From an uncultured bacterium (GTDB taxonomy: Bacteria > Oederibacteriota > Muellerivitia > Muellerivitales > Muellerivitaceae), in the NCBI GenBank assembly GCA_964392085.1, contig CAYMOV010000001.1, positions 3,566 to 67,565 of the forward strand: a DNA stretch of 64,000 nucleotides, read 5' to 3'. Both the position numbers and the translations under genes were made by a program. The notes under the pieces were generated by a model. The model was not told the origin of the DNA and did not search any database. It saw nothing but the letters and a program-made list of their open reading frames with translations. Shown here piece by piece: positions 28,898 to 37,363 of the stretch (positions are counted from its first letter, which is position 1; every line of letters starts with the position of its first letter).

Positions 28898-29869
28898 ATG
28901 GCATTTCCTGTGACCCGACTGAGGCGACTTCGCCGAACCCCTCAATTGCGCGACTTGGTCCGAGAGACCCGACTCCACCCCTCGGATTTCATCCTGCCCC
29001 TCTTCATCGAGGAAGGACGGACCGCCCCCGTCGCCATTGGGTCCATGCCGGGGGTGCGACGCCATTCCATGGCCAGCCTCGTGCGGGAGGCCGAAATCGC
29101 AAAGCGGGCTGGTGTCCCCGGCGTCATCCTCTTCGGTATCCCCAAGCATAAGGATCCCCTGGCCAAGTCGGGTTATGCCAAAAACGGCGTGGTCCAACAG
29201 GCGGTGCGCCGCCTCAAGAAGGAAATCCCCGAATTGGTGGTCCTCACCGACGTCTGCGCCTGCGAATACACCAGCCACGGCCATTGCGGCATCCTGAAGG
29301 GCCAGGAGGTCCAGAACGACCCCACCCTCGCGCTCCTCGAGAAGATCGCCCTGTCCCACGCGGAAGCGGGGGTCGATCTGGTGGCCCCATCGGACATGAT
29401 GGACGGGCGGGTGGGGGCGATCCGCAGGGCGTTGGATACCCACGGTTTCCAGGACCTGCCGATCCTGGCTTATTCCGCGAAGTTCGCCTCGGCGTTTTAT
29501 GGCCCGTTCCGGGAGGCCGTCGACTCCACTCCGGCCTTTGGGGACCGCAAGAGCTACCAGATGGACGCGGCCAACCCGAGGGAAGCGATCAGGGAGATCG
29601 AGCAGGACCTCGCCGAAGGCGCGGACCTGGTGATGGTGAAGCCCGCCTTGACGGCACTCGACGTGATCACCCGGGCCAAGGAGCGGTTCAAGGTGCCGGT
29701 CTGGGCCTACCACGTCTCGGGCGAGTACGCCATGATCGAGGCCGCCCGCCAAAAGGGATGGCTCGACGGAGACCGGGCCCAGGCGGAAGCCCTGACCGCC
29801 ATCAAGCGGGCGGGCGCCGACCGGATCCTGACCTATTGGGCGGTCCAAGCGGCGAAGTGGTTCAAGTAA
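28898..29869 (+). CDS. hemB: Porphobilinogen synthase (delta-aminolevulinic acid dehydratase).
   Basis: MAFPVTRLRRLRR start, conserved active-site Lys regions. AGAGGGA RBS before the ATG at 28898. An alternative ATG at 28874 is possible. Confidence 0.9.
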   Translation: MAFPVTRLRRLRRTPQLRDLVRETRLHPSDFILPLFIEEGRTAPVAIGSMPGVRRHSMASLVREAEIAKRAGVPGVILFGIPKHKDPLAKSGYAKNGVVQQAVRRLKKEIPELVVLTDVCACEYTSHGHCGILKGQEVQNDPTLALLEKIALSHAEAGVDLVAPSDMMDGRVGAIRRALDTHGFQDLPILAYSAKFASAFYGPFREAVDSTPAFGDRKSYQMDAANPREAIREIEQDLAEGADLVMVKPALTALDVITRAKERFKVPVWAYHVSGEYAMIEAARQKGWLDGDRAQAEALTAIKRAGADRILTYWAVQAAKWFK

Positions 29870-29943
29870 AAACACGGATGGCGGTTGGCGTATAGCGGTT
29901 GGCCAAAACAACGAATCAACCTAAAGCATTAATCGGGGACAAA

Positions 29944-31251
29944 ATGGCACGCGGACCGAAACCCTTCTCGCTGAAGCAATCCGAACGGCTTTTCGCCGAG
30001 GCCAAGAAGCACCTGGTGGGTGGGGTCAATAGCCCGGTCCGGGCCTTCCGGGGCGTGGGCGGCAACCCCATCGTCTTCTCGAGGGGGAAGGGGCCCTACC
30101 TGATCGACGTGGACGGAAACCGGTACCTCGACCTCGTCGGGTCCTGGGGTCCGTTGATCCTGGGCCACGTCCAGACCGAGGTGGCGAACAAAGTCCGCCG
30201 GACCCTCCGCAAGGGATTCACCTTCGGGGCACCCAACCCGCTGGAGGTGGATTTGGCCGTGGAGGTGAAAAAGGCTTATCCCACCATGGAGAAGGTCCGA
30301 TTCGTATCCTCCGGGACCGAGGCGACCTTCAGCGCCATCCGCCTGGCCCGCGCCGCCACGAAACGCAAGCGGATCCTGAAGTTCGACGGCTGTTACCACG
30401 GCCACGGCGACAGCCTCTTGGTGGCCGCGGGCAGCGGTCCAGCCACCCTCGGACTGCCGGACTCCCCGGGGGTACCTGAGGAGATCGCCTCCCTGACCCT
30501 CAGCGTTCCTTACAATGATTTGGAAGCCGTCCGTTTGGCCTTCGCTCAATTCAAGGATATCGCGGCGGTCATCGTGGAACCCGTGGCGGGGAACATGGGG
30601 GTCGTCCCGCCGGTTCCGGGGTTCCTGGAAGGCCTCCGGGACATCACGAAGCAGAACGGCGCGCTCCTGATTTTCGACGAGGTCATGTGCGGATTCCGGG
30701 TGGCGATGGGCGGCGCCCAAGAGCTTTATCAGGTCCCGGCCGACCTCACCACGCTGGGCAAGGTGATCGGCGGCGGGTTCCCGGCCGCGGCCTATGGGGG
30801 CCGGTTGGACCTGATGTCGCTGGTTTCCCCCGAGGGACCGGTCTACCAGGCTGGCACCCTATCGGGCAACCCCGTGGCCATGGCGGCTGGTTTGGCGACC
30901 TTGAAGATCCTCCGCCGGACGAACGCCCATCAAGGACTCGAAGAAACAGGCGCTTTCCTGGAGGTGGGGATACGCAGGGCCCTGACCGCCACCCAAACCG
31001 ATGCAGTCCTCCAAAGGGTGGGGAGCATGGCGACGCTTTTCTTCCAAAAGGGGCCCGTCCGGAACTACAAGGACGCCAAGAAGAGCGACCGCGACCGCTT
31101 CTCCCGGTTCTTCTGGGCCATGGCCAAACGGGGCGTGTACCTCCCACCGTCCCAATTTGAGGCCTGGTTCCTGAACACGGCGCTGAAGAAGGAACACCTG
31201 AAGCGGATCCTGAAGGCCTTCACGGAAAGCCTGTTGGAGTCGAAGGCCTAA
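29944..31251 (+). CDS. hemL: Glutamate-1-semialdehyde 2,1-aminomutase.
   Basis: GGVNSPVRAF motif and PLP-aminotransferase class III sequence. The track start is a TTG at 29899; the ATG at 29944 is preferred. Confidence 0.9.
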   Translation: MARGPKPFSLKQSERLFAEAKKHLVGGVNSPVRAFRGVGGNPIVFSRGKGPYLIDVDGNRYLDLVGSWGPLILGHVQTEVANKVRRTLRKGFTFGAPNPLEVDLAVEVKKAYPTMEKVRFVSSGTEATFSAIRLARAATKRKRILKFDGCYHGHGDSLLVAAGSGPATLGLPDSPGVPEEIASLTLSVPYNDLEAVRLAFAQFKDIAAVIVEPVAGNMGVVPPVPGFLEGLRDITKQNGALLIFDEVMCGFRVAMGGAQELYQVPADLTTLGKVIGGGFPAAAYGGRLDLMSLVSPEGPVYQAGTLSGNPVAMAAGLATLKILRRTNAHQGLEETGAFLEVGIRRALTATQTDAVLQRVGSMATLFFQKGPVRNYKDAKKSDRDRFSRFFWAMAKRGVYLPPSQFEAWFLNTALKKEHLKRILKAFTESLLESKA

Positions 31252-31318
31252 GGGTCTGTTATAATCTTAACAGCGTCGTAACCCCACCCTTGGGGCGATT
31301 CGATTTCCAGGATGGTGC

Positions 31319-31987
31319 ATGGGACGACCCCTCTTACCTACGATTTCCGGGACTCTCCTAGCGGGGTTTTTCCTGTTGTCCGTTCCCGGGTGGGGCGCGG
31401 ATTTCATGGAAATCAACGTATTGCCTACCCCAAAATCGACGATCCCCAACGCCTCTACCGTCTCCAAGACCCCGACCCATCCAGCGACTGAAAAGGCGAC
31501 GGTCGCCCCAACCCAGACCGCGGTTCCCGACCCCACCGCCGATCAGGCGACCGAGGAGCCCACGGTTTCATCAGTTCCCAATCTGACGGTGACGCCCACC
31601 CCGACCGGGACCCCCATCGCGTCGGATTTCGCCACACCTGTTACGTCCCCTTCACCGACCCCTGTCTTGGTCCCCACCCCCGATGTCGTGAAGGGACAGC
31701 TGAAGATGAAGGACCTCTACGCGGCCGGGATGAAGGCTTACCGATCCAAGGATTACGAGAAGTCGATCCGTTTCCTGAAGCAATCCTTGGATTACCACGA
31801 CCCCTACACACCCAAATACTATTACGCCGAATCGAACGCCATGCTTGGCGTGATCTACCAATTCTATTTTATGGTGCCGGGCCATACCGCCTTGGCGCGT
31901 GATTATTACCAGGCCGCGTTGAAGATCGACCCGACCACCCAATCGGCGAAGTTGCATTTGAAGGAAGTCCAAGACGGGAGGGATTGA
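31319..31987 (+). CDS. Secreted protein: signal peptide, about 100-aa Thr/Pro-rich linker, about 95-aa C-terminal TPR-like domain (222 aa).
   Basis: Signal peptide MGRPLLPTISGTLLAGFFLLSVPGWGA. Linker rich in T, P, S, A. The C-terminal block (DPYTPKYYYAESNAMLGVIYQ...YYQAALKIDP) is paralogous to the C-terminus of the next gene. Confidence 0.6.
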   Translation: MGRPLLPTISGTLLAGFFLLSVPGWGADFMEINVLPTPKSTIPNASTVSKTPTHPATEKATVAPTQTAVPDPTADQATEEPTVSSVPNLTVTPTPTGTPIASDFATPVTSPSPTPVLVPTPDVVKGQLKMKDLYAAGMKAYRSKDYEKSIRFLKQSLDYHDPYTPKYYYAESNAMLGVIYQFYFMVPGHTALARDYYQAALKIDPTTQSAKLHLKEVQDGRD

Positions 31988-33108
31988 TGAAGAAATCCAT
32001 GCGAGTGTTGCTGGGATGCCTGCTGGTCTTGGGGGCGGTTTCATTCCCTAAGACGGTCTCCGCCCTCCCCAAAAAGCCCATTGCCTTCACCCTCCAAGGC
32101 ATCTACATATCCCCCATGAAGCCTGAGGCGGTGGCCGATGTCCTCAGCGACGGATGGGCGATCTTCGCCATGCCGGAATTTCAGGCGAACCCCTTTCTGG
32201 GTCTCGGAGTTGGTTATGAATATGACCACTTTTACCGGCCGGGCCGGGGCAGTATGAGGGCGGCCGATATGTTCCTGGCGGGTCGCCTCCATATGCCTGG
32301 CCGCTCGGGCGACAACATCCCCTATTTCCTGGCAACTCTCGGCGTGAACGACCTTCCCAAGACGGGCGACCATTGGCGTGGGACCACCCGAGCCTCCATC
32401 GGGTTGGGCACCCGCCTGGGGGTCGTGCCTGGATTTTCCTTCGACTTGGGCGTCCACCAGCATTGGATGCTCCCCAGGCCCTACAATATGCAATACGTTG
32501 AAGTCAGGTGGGGGATTGCGATGGAATTCGGCGAGCCCGAACCCCAGCCGACTAAGAAACCTACCCAAGCCCCGAGTCCTTCCGCCACTACAACCGTAAC
32601 TGTGGGCAGTCCCACGGCGACAACGACCGTTACCGCGACTCCGACGGCCACCACAACCCAGGGCATGCCGCCCGAGGTGCCAACCGCCACGGTGACCCCC
32701 ACCGCGACCTCGAACGAGTTCTCCAAGAACCCTTTGCCGACCGAGGAGACCTTCAAGACCATGCGGGAGTGCTATGAAGTCGGGATCACCGCCTACCGCC
32801 TAAAAGAATTCGCGAAGGCCGCCAAATACTTCAAGAAGTCCCTGACCATCAACGACCCCAGCACCCCTTACTGGTACTACGCCGAGGCGAACGCCATGAT
32901 GGGGGTCGTATACCAACGCTTCGGACGACTGCCTGACCATCTCCAGAAGGCTGAGTATTACTACCGGGCGGCCCTGAAGATCGACCCTGCCACCGAAACG
33001 GCCAAGAAGGGCCTTGTCTCCCTGGGCATCTCAACGGCGCCGGTCCACCATCGGGCGCCGGTCCATCATCGCGTGGCTCCCAAACCCGCCGCGACGCCGA
33101 GCGAATAG
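31984..33108 (+). CDS. Secreted/outer-membrane protein: signal peptide, about 180-aa OmpA/OmpW-like small beta-barrel-type domain, Thr/Pro-rich linker, C-terminal TPR-like domain (374 aa).
   Basis: Signal peptide MMKKSMRVLLGCLLVLGAVSFPKTVSA. The N-terminal domain shows an alternating hydrophobic-strand pattern. Linker TTTVTVGSPTATTTVTATPTATTT. C-terminal DPSTPYWYYAEANAMMGVVYQ...YYYRAALKIDP block shared with the upstream gene. ATGA overlap with the upstream gene. Confidence 0.6.
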   Translation: MMKKSMRVLLGCLLVLGAVSFPKTVSALPKKPIAFTLQGIYISPMKPEAVADVLSDGWAIFAMPEFQANPFLGLGVGYEYDHFYRPGRGSMRAADMFLAGRLHMPGRSGDNIPYFLATLGVNDLPKTGDHWRGTTRASIGLGTRLGVVPGFSFDLGVHQHWMLPRPYNMQYVEVRWGIAMEFGEPEPQPTKKPTQAPSPSATTTVTVGSPTATTTVTATPTATTTQGMPPEVPTATVTPTATSNEFSKNPLPTEETFKTMRECYEVGITAYRLKEFAKAAKYFKKSLTINDPSTPYWYYAEANAMMGVVYQRFGRLPDHLQKAEYYYRAALKIDPATETAKKGLVSLGISTAPVHHRAPVHHRVAPKPAATPSE

Positions 33109-33110
33109 GC

Positions 33111-33335
33111 GTGCCCCAGGACGGCTTTGAGATTGTCTTCGAGGGGTCGTCCTTCGAAGCTTCGGTGGTGAGGGGGAAGCTGGAGTCCGAAGGACTCCAC
33201 CCCCAGCTCTGGGACGACAACATCTCAAACCTCCTTCCCATGACCGCTGTTTCGCCTGGCCATTTCGGCGTGGTGAAGGTGGCGGTGCCATATTCCGAAG
33301 CGGATTCAGCCATTGATAAATTAAGCCGATTATAA
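33111..33335 (+). CDS. DUF2007-like small protein (74 aa; putative signal-transducing protein family, PII-like fold).
   Basis: IVFEGSSFEASVVRGKLESEGL...VKVAVPYSEADSAIDKL pattern typical of DUF2007. Starts 2 nt after the previous stop. Confidence 0.5.
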   Translation: MPQDGFEIVFEGSSFEASVVRGKLESEGLHPQLWDDNISNLLPMTAVSPGHFGVVKVAVPYSEADSAIDKLSRL

Positions 33336-33354
33336 AGAGAGCGCGGGGTTTTCC

Positions 33355-33717
33355 TTGGATGCATCCAGTCCAAACGAATTGGATTTCCAGAGTTATATAA
33401 CCGTTTATAAGGGCGTCGAATTCGAGGCTGATTTAATACTGGGCCGAATAAACGCCGAGGGGCTACGTTGCGTTAAGTTTGAGGAACCCGGACTAATTAA
33501 TCCGGGCAGAAGAACACTCAATACATTTTGTGTTTCCGTTCATCCAGACGATTGTCGTCAAGCGGAAGAGTTATTGGGTGATTCACTTGTACAACCGTTA
33601 ACTCATCTATCCGACGGGATGGATGGTGAAAGTCGCAATTCCCCGATGTTCATTGTCGTTTATCTGGCGGGATTGTGCTTGGCGTTTTTATTATATTTTC
33701 TGGTGTTCAGCCGTTAG
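33355..33717 (+). CDS. DUF2007-like small protein with a C-terminal TM helix (120 aa), in a lower-GC segment.
   Basis: ITVYKGVEFEADLILGRINAEGL pattern paralogous to 33111..33335. C-terminal hydrophobic helix MFIVVYLAGLCLAFLLYFLVF. Visibly AT-richer than the flanks. Confidence 0.5.
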   Translation: MDASSPNELDFQSYITVYKGVEFEADLILGRINAEGLRCVKFEEPGLINPGRRTLNTFCVSVHPDDCRQAEELLGDSLVQPLTHLSDGMDGESRNSPMFIVVYLAGLCLAFLLYFLVFSR

Positions 33718-33718
33718 G

Positions 33719-34504
33719 TCAATTAACTGTTTGCCGGATCCGTTCAATCTTTGTGGCCTTGCCGGTCAAGGGTTCCACCGACACCACCACCCCCTGGAAC
33801 CAGTAGGGAAGGTCCTCGGCCCCTTCGAAACGCGCCGGGGCGCTGGTGAGGAACCGTTTGATGGCGATCTCCTTCTTGACCCCGATGACCGAGGCGATGC
33901 AGCCCGTCATGCCGATGTCGGTCAAGTAGGCCGTGCCGCCCGGTAGGATCTCCTCGTCGGCGGTCATGACGTGGGTATGGGTGCCGGTCACGGAAGAAAC
34001 GCGCCCGTCCAGGTACCAGCCCATGGCCCGCTTCTCGCTGGTGGCCTCCGCGTGCATATCCACCAGGATGACCTTGGCCCGCCCCCCGATCTCCGCCAGG
34101 GCCCTTTCCCCTGCCTTAAAAGGGCAATCCAGGGGGAAGTTCATCCCCACCCGTCCCATAAGGTTCATGACGGCCACCGGGGTTCCCTTGCAGTCGAAAA
34201 CCCCCACGCCGGAACCTGGGTTCTCGGAAGGGTAGTTGTGGGGCCTGAGCAGGCGGGAGTCCTTGCCGATGATCTCGTGGACTTCCTTCTTGGCCCAAAT
34301 GTGGTTTCCTGTGGTGACGACGTCCACCCCCTGGTCGATCAGGAAGCGGAACTGGTCGGGTTGGATCCCCACGACTCCTGCCATGTTCTCGCCGTTGGCC
34401 ACGATGAAATCGATGGAATAGTCCGTCCTGATCTTCTTGAGGACTTGATGGACGGCGTGGCGTCCGGGCTTGCCGCAGATGTCGCCGATCAGGAGGATGT
34501 TCAT
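33719..34504 (-). CDS. ymdB: YmdB-family metallophosphoesterase (2',3'-cyclic-nucleotide phosphodiesterase-like).
   Basis: MNILLIGDICGKPGR..., GNHIWAKKE and other calcineurin-like metal-ligand motifs. Confidence 0.8.
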   Translation of the reverse strand: MNILLIGDICGKPGRHAVHQVLKKIRTDYSIDFIVANGENMAGVVGIQPDQFRFLIDQGVDVVTTGNHIWAKKEVHEIIGKDSRLLRPHNYPSENPGSGVGVFDCKGTPVAVMNLMGRVGMNFPLDCPFKAGERALAEIGGRAKVILVDMHAEATSEKRAMGWYLDGRVSSVTGTHTHVMTADEEILPGGTAYLTDIGMTGCIASVIGVKKEIAIKRFLTSAPARFEGAEDLPYWFQGVVVSVEPLTGKATKIERIRQTVN

Positions 34505-34833
34505 GGGGTTCCCCGGGTTGGAGTAAAAGCGGGCCTATTTAAGACGGGATTGAACGTCTTTACAAGGCTTCAACGTGATTTTCGAACACCTGGTTCACGA
34601 TGAAAAAGTGTGGATTTGGTTAAGTGAACCATTACTCCGGTCGCCAAAAACCATGCAACCCCATAGCGTATTTGAGATTAAACCTAACTTGGTGATCTTG
34701 AGTTTGGGGGTTTAACTTTTGTTTCAGTACCGAAGTTCTTTATGAACTTGGTGACCTTGGTGGTGAAAAAGTCTAGGGCTTTATTATGTGCCCGTCATTC
34801 TTCGTGTTCTTTGTAGTGAGGGGGCTTCTCCTT

Positions 34834-35418
34834 TTAAGCGCACATCCACAAACCCTCGTCGGTGAGGATCCAATGGACCTTTTGGTCCTTGGTCACCTGG
34901 GGCACCTCGTCCACCACCTGGAAGGCGTAGCCGATGCCGATCCGCTGGACCCCCGGACGGAACAGGGGGATGGATTGGTCGTAGAACCCCTTGCCGAACC
35001 CCACCCGGCCCCCCATGGGGTCGAAGGCCGTCCCCGGGACCAACACCAGGTCGATTTCCTTCTCGGACACGATGGGGGCCGTCGCGGGAGGTTCGGGGAT
35101 CCCGAAAGCTCCAGGCGTCAATGCGGCGAGAGTTGGGACCTCACAGAAAACCATGGACTGGGGGTCCCTTTGGGTACGTGGAAGGACCAAGGACCTTCCG
35201 GATTCCAGCAGGGACCGGAGGAGCGGTTCGGTCGGGATCTCACCCCGGGCCCCGATGAAGCCCGCGACGGTCTTCACGGCGGCCAAATTCGGGAACTTCT
35301 GGAGGGAAGGCCAGAGTCCCTTGGCGGCTTCCTCGGCTTTGGAGGGGCTGACGGCCAACCGGCGGTTGATCATTTCACCGCGGAGTTGGACTTTCCGTTG
35401 TTCAGGGGTTGGAGTCAT
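34834..35418 (-). CDS. 5-formyltetrahydrofolate cyclo-ligase.
   Basis: LVPGTAFDPMGGRVGFGKGFYD motif typical of the MTHFS/YgfA family. Confidence 0.8.
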   Translation of the reverse strand: MTPTPEQRKVQLRGEMINRRLAVSPSKAEEAAKGLWPSLQKFPNLAAVKTVAGFIGARGEIPTEPLLRSLLESGRSLVLPRTQRDPQSMVFCEVPTLAALTPGAFGIPEPPATAPIVSEKEIDLVLVPGTAFDPMGGRVGFGKGFYDQSIPLFRPGVQRIGIGYAFQVVDEVPQVTKDQKVHWILTDEGLWMCA

Positions 35419-36763
35419 GGCGAAGGTCCTTGGCAGTGGTGGGTTCCAGTTGCTTCAGATGTTCGAGCCATGACTTAATCTTCGCTTCATATCCCAAGGT
35501 GGTCGGGACGTAATAAGTCCCGGCCCCCAACATGTAGTCTTGTTTCACGTAGTGATCCGGATGGTCGTGGGCGTATTCGTATCCCTGGCCGTGCCCGAGG
35601 GTCTTGGCCCCGGCGTAATGGCCGTCCTGGAGGTGAGGGGGAACCTCGACGGTTTTGCCTTTTTTGACGTCCTCGGTGGCCTTCTCCAACCCTATGTAGG
35701 AGGCGTTGCTCTTGGGGGCGCAGGCCAGGTACACCGTGGCTTGGGCCAGGGGGATCCGGCCCTCGGGAAGGCCCAAGAACTCAAAGGCCTGTTGGGCGGC
35801 CACGGCGATCGGCAGGGCCTGGGGATCGGCGTTGCCCACGTCCTCGCTGGCCAATATCACCAAGCGGCGGGCGATGAAGCGGGGGTCCTCGCCGGCGTAG
35901 AGCATCTTCGCCAGCCAAAAAAGGGCGGCGTCAGGATCGGAACCCCGGACGCTCTTGATGAAAGCCGAGATGGTGTCGTAATGCTGGTCGCCGGTGCCGT
36001 CATAGGCGATGGACCGGCGTTGGATGGATTCTTCCGCGACGGACAGGTCGAACAGGATGGTCCCATCCTCGCCGGGGGGCGTCGTGAGGGCCCCGACCTC
36101 CAGGGCGTTCAACAGCGTGCGGCCGTCGCCTGAACAGGACTTCACGAGGTGGCGCTTGGCCTCGGGCGTGAGGGTGATCCTCATTTGGCCCAAGCCCCGC
36201 TCCCCATCCGCCAGTGCACGGTCCAACAACAGCTCCAGGTGCTTGTCCTCCAGGGGCCGCAATTCACAGACCCTGGATCGCGAGAGGAGGGCGCTGTTGA
36301 GCGAGAAGAACGGGTTCTGGGTGGTGGCCCCGACCAGGAGGATGATGCCCTGTTCCATTGAGGGCAAGAGGGCGTCCTGTTGGCTCTTGTTGAAGTGGTG
36401 GATCTCGTCGAGGAAAAGGACGGTGGGTTTCCCGTAGAGGCGGCGGTTCTCGGCGGCCTCCTCCAGGACCCGGCGGACCTCGGCGACCCCCGAGGTGACG
36501 GCGTTGAGGGGCGTGAAGCGCCCCTGGGTCAATCGAGCCACGAGCCGGGCGAAGGCTGTCTTGCCGACTCCGGGGGGGCCGTAAAGGACGAGGGAGACGA
36601 AACGACGGGACTCCAGGAGCCGTCTGAGGAGTTTTCCGGGACCGGTCAGGTGCTCTTGGCCCACGTACTCGTCCAAGGTCCGGGGGGACATCCGGATGGC
36701 GAGGGGCCGGTTAGGGCTGTCTTGGGTCGCGTTCTCGAAAAGGTCCATAAAAAAATTGGCCAC
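35402..36763 (-). CDS. rarA: Replication-associated recombination protein A (RarA/MgsA AAA+ ATPase).
   Basis: GPPGVGKT Walker A, LFLDEIHHFNKSQQDALL Walker B/sensor, conserved C-terminal MgsA domain. Confidence 0.9.
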   Translation of the reverse strand: MANFFMDLFENATQDSPNRPLAIRMSPRTLDEYVGQEHLTGPGKLLRRLLESRRFVSLVLYGPPGVGKTAFARLVARLTQGRFTPLNAVTSGVAEVRRVLEEAAENRRLYGKPTVLFLDEIHHFNKSQQDALLPSMEQGIILLVGATTQNPFFSLNSALLSRSRVCELRPLEDKHLELLLDRALADGERGLGQMRITLTPEAKRHLVKSCSGDGRTLLNALEVGALTTPPGEDGTILFDLSVAEESIQRRSIAYDGTGDQHYDTISAFIKSVRGSDPDAALFWLAKMLYAGEDPRFIARRLVILASEDVGNADPQALPIAVAAQQAFEFLGLPEGRIPLAQATVYLACAPKSNASYIGLEKATEDVKKGKTVEVPPHLQDGHYAGAKTLGHGQGYEYAHDHPDHYVKQDYMLGAGTYYVPTTLGYEAKIKSWLEHLKQLEPTTAKDLRHDSNP

Positions 36764-37006
36764 CGCCTGTGCCGGTTGGAAAGGTACTTTTTTGAGGCCT
36801 GACTATGTCAGGTGGGCGACCGCATGGCCGGTTCATCGACTCCCGCAGGAGCCACTCCCCGGAAATTAAAGCCGCCCGTTTAAAGTTATGGCTCAAAATT
36901 TCCCGCCCCAAGGTCGAGCACCGCAGAGGGCCGATGGATATTCTGGGGCGGTGCCCGAAAGGTGTCAAGTCGCTCCCTAACCGACAAAACCGTCGGGAGT
37001 CATGCG

Positions 37007-37038
37007 CTTGACAAATCATCCCGATTCGGGTTGTCAAG
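37007..37038. promoter_or_regulatory. Perfect 8-bp inverted repeat CTTGACAA-N16-TTGTCAAG in the rarA/glgP divergent intergenic region.
   Basis: Read directly. A related TTGTCAA...GACAA element occurs at 74-90. Confidence 0.3.
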
Positions 37039-37105
37039 GGTCCGGGCCTCGGTGAAAATATCAGGATTCCAAGGGCCGTTGTACGGCCGGGGGATGGGGC
37101 AGATG

Positions 37106-37363
37106 CCCATGATGGTACGTACCTTTCGTTTGCCCGGTTGGGCGACCTTTCTCCTGGTCCTGGCCGCGTTGGCCCTGATCCCAGTGGCCCTGGTCCTGGC
37201 GGTTGGGGTGGGGGCCTTGGCGTTGGTGGGTGGCGTCGTCGGGGCCCTGGTAGGGCCCAAGCGACGCGAAATCCCGCCTCCCCACCGAATGGACCCAGGT
37301 CAAATACCCGAACATTCCGGACAGGTACTCGAAGCCGAATACGAGGTCAAAGATGAACTTTAA
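37106..37363 (+). CDS. Possible small membrane protein (about 85 aa) upstream of and overlapping the glgP start.
   Basis: Hydrophobic Ala/Leu/Val-rich stretch of about 40 aa. GGGGATGGGG upstream of the ATG. No recognisable family. Could be a non-coding leader. Confidence 0.25.
   Translation, partial: PMMVRTFRLPGWATFLLVLAALALIPVALVLAVGVGALALVGGVVGALVGPKRREIPPPHRMDPGQIPEHSGQVLEAEYEVKDEL

Noticed and set aside
35419-35600. 6S RNA (ssrS) upstream of the 5-formyl-THF cyclo-ligase gene, as in E. coli.
   Set aside because: The region upstream of that gene on the minus strand is occupied by rarA coding sequence with a 17-nt overlap, so there is no room for an sRNA there.
36805-37105. Track ORFs 36805..37011 and the long form 36962..37363 in the rarA/glgP intergenic region.
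   Set aside because: The upstream parts lack an RBS and a coding-like composition. Only the short hydrophobic 37106..37363 segment was kept, and at low confidence.
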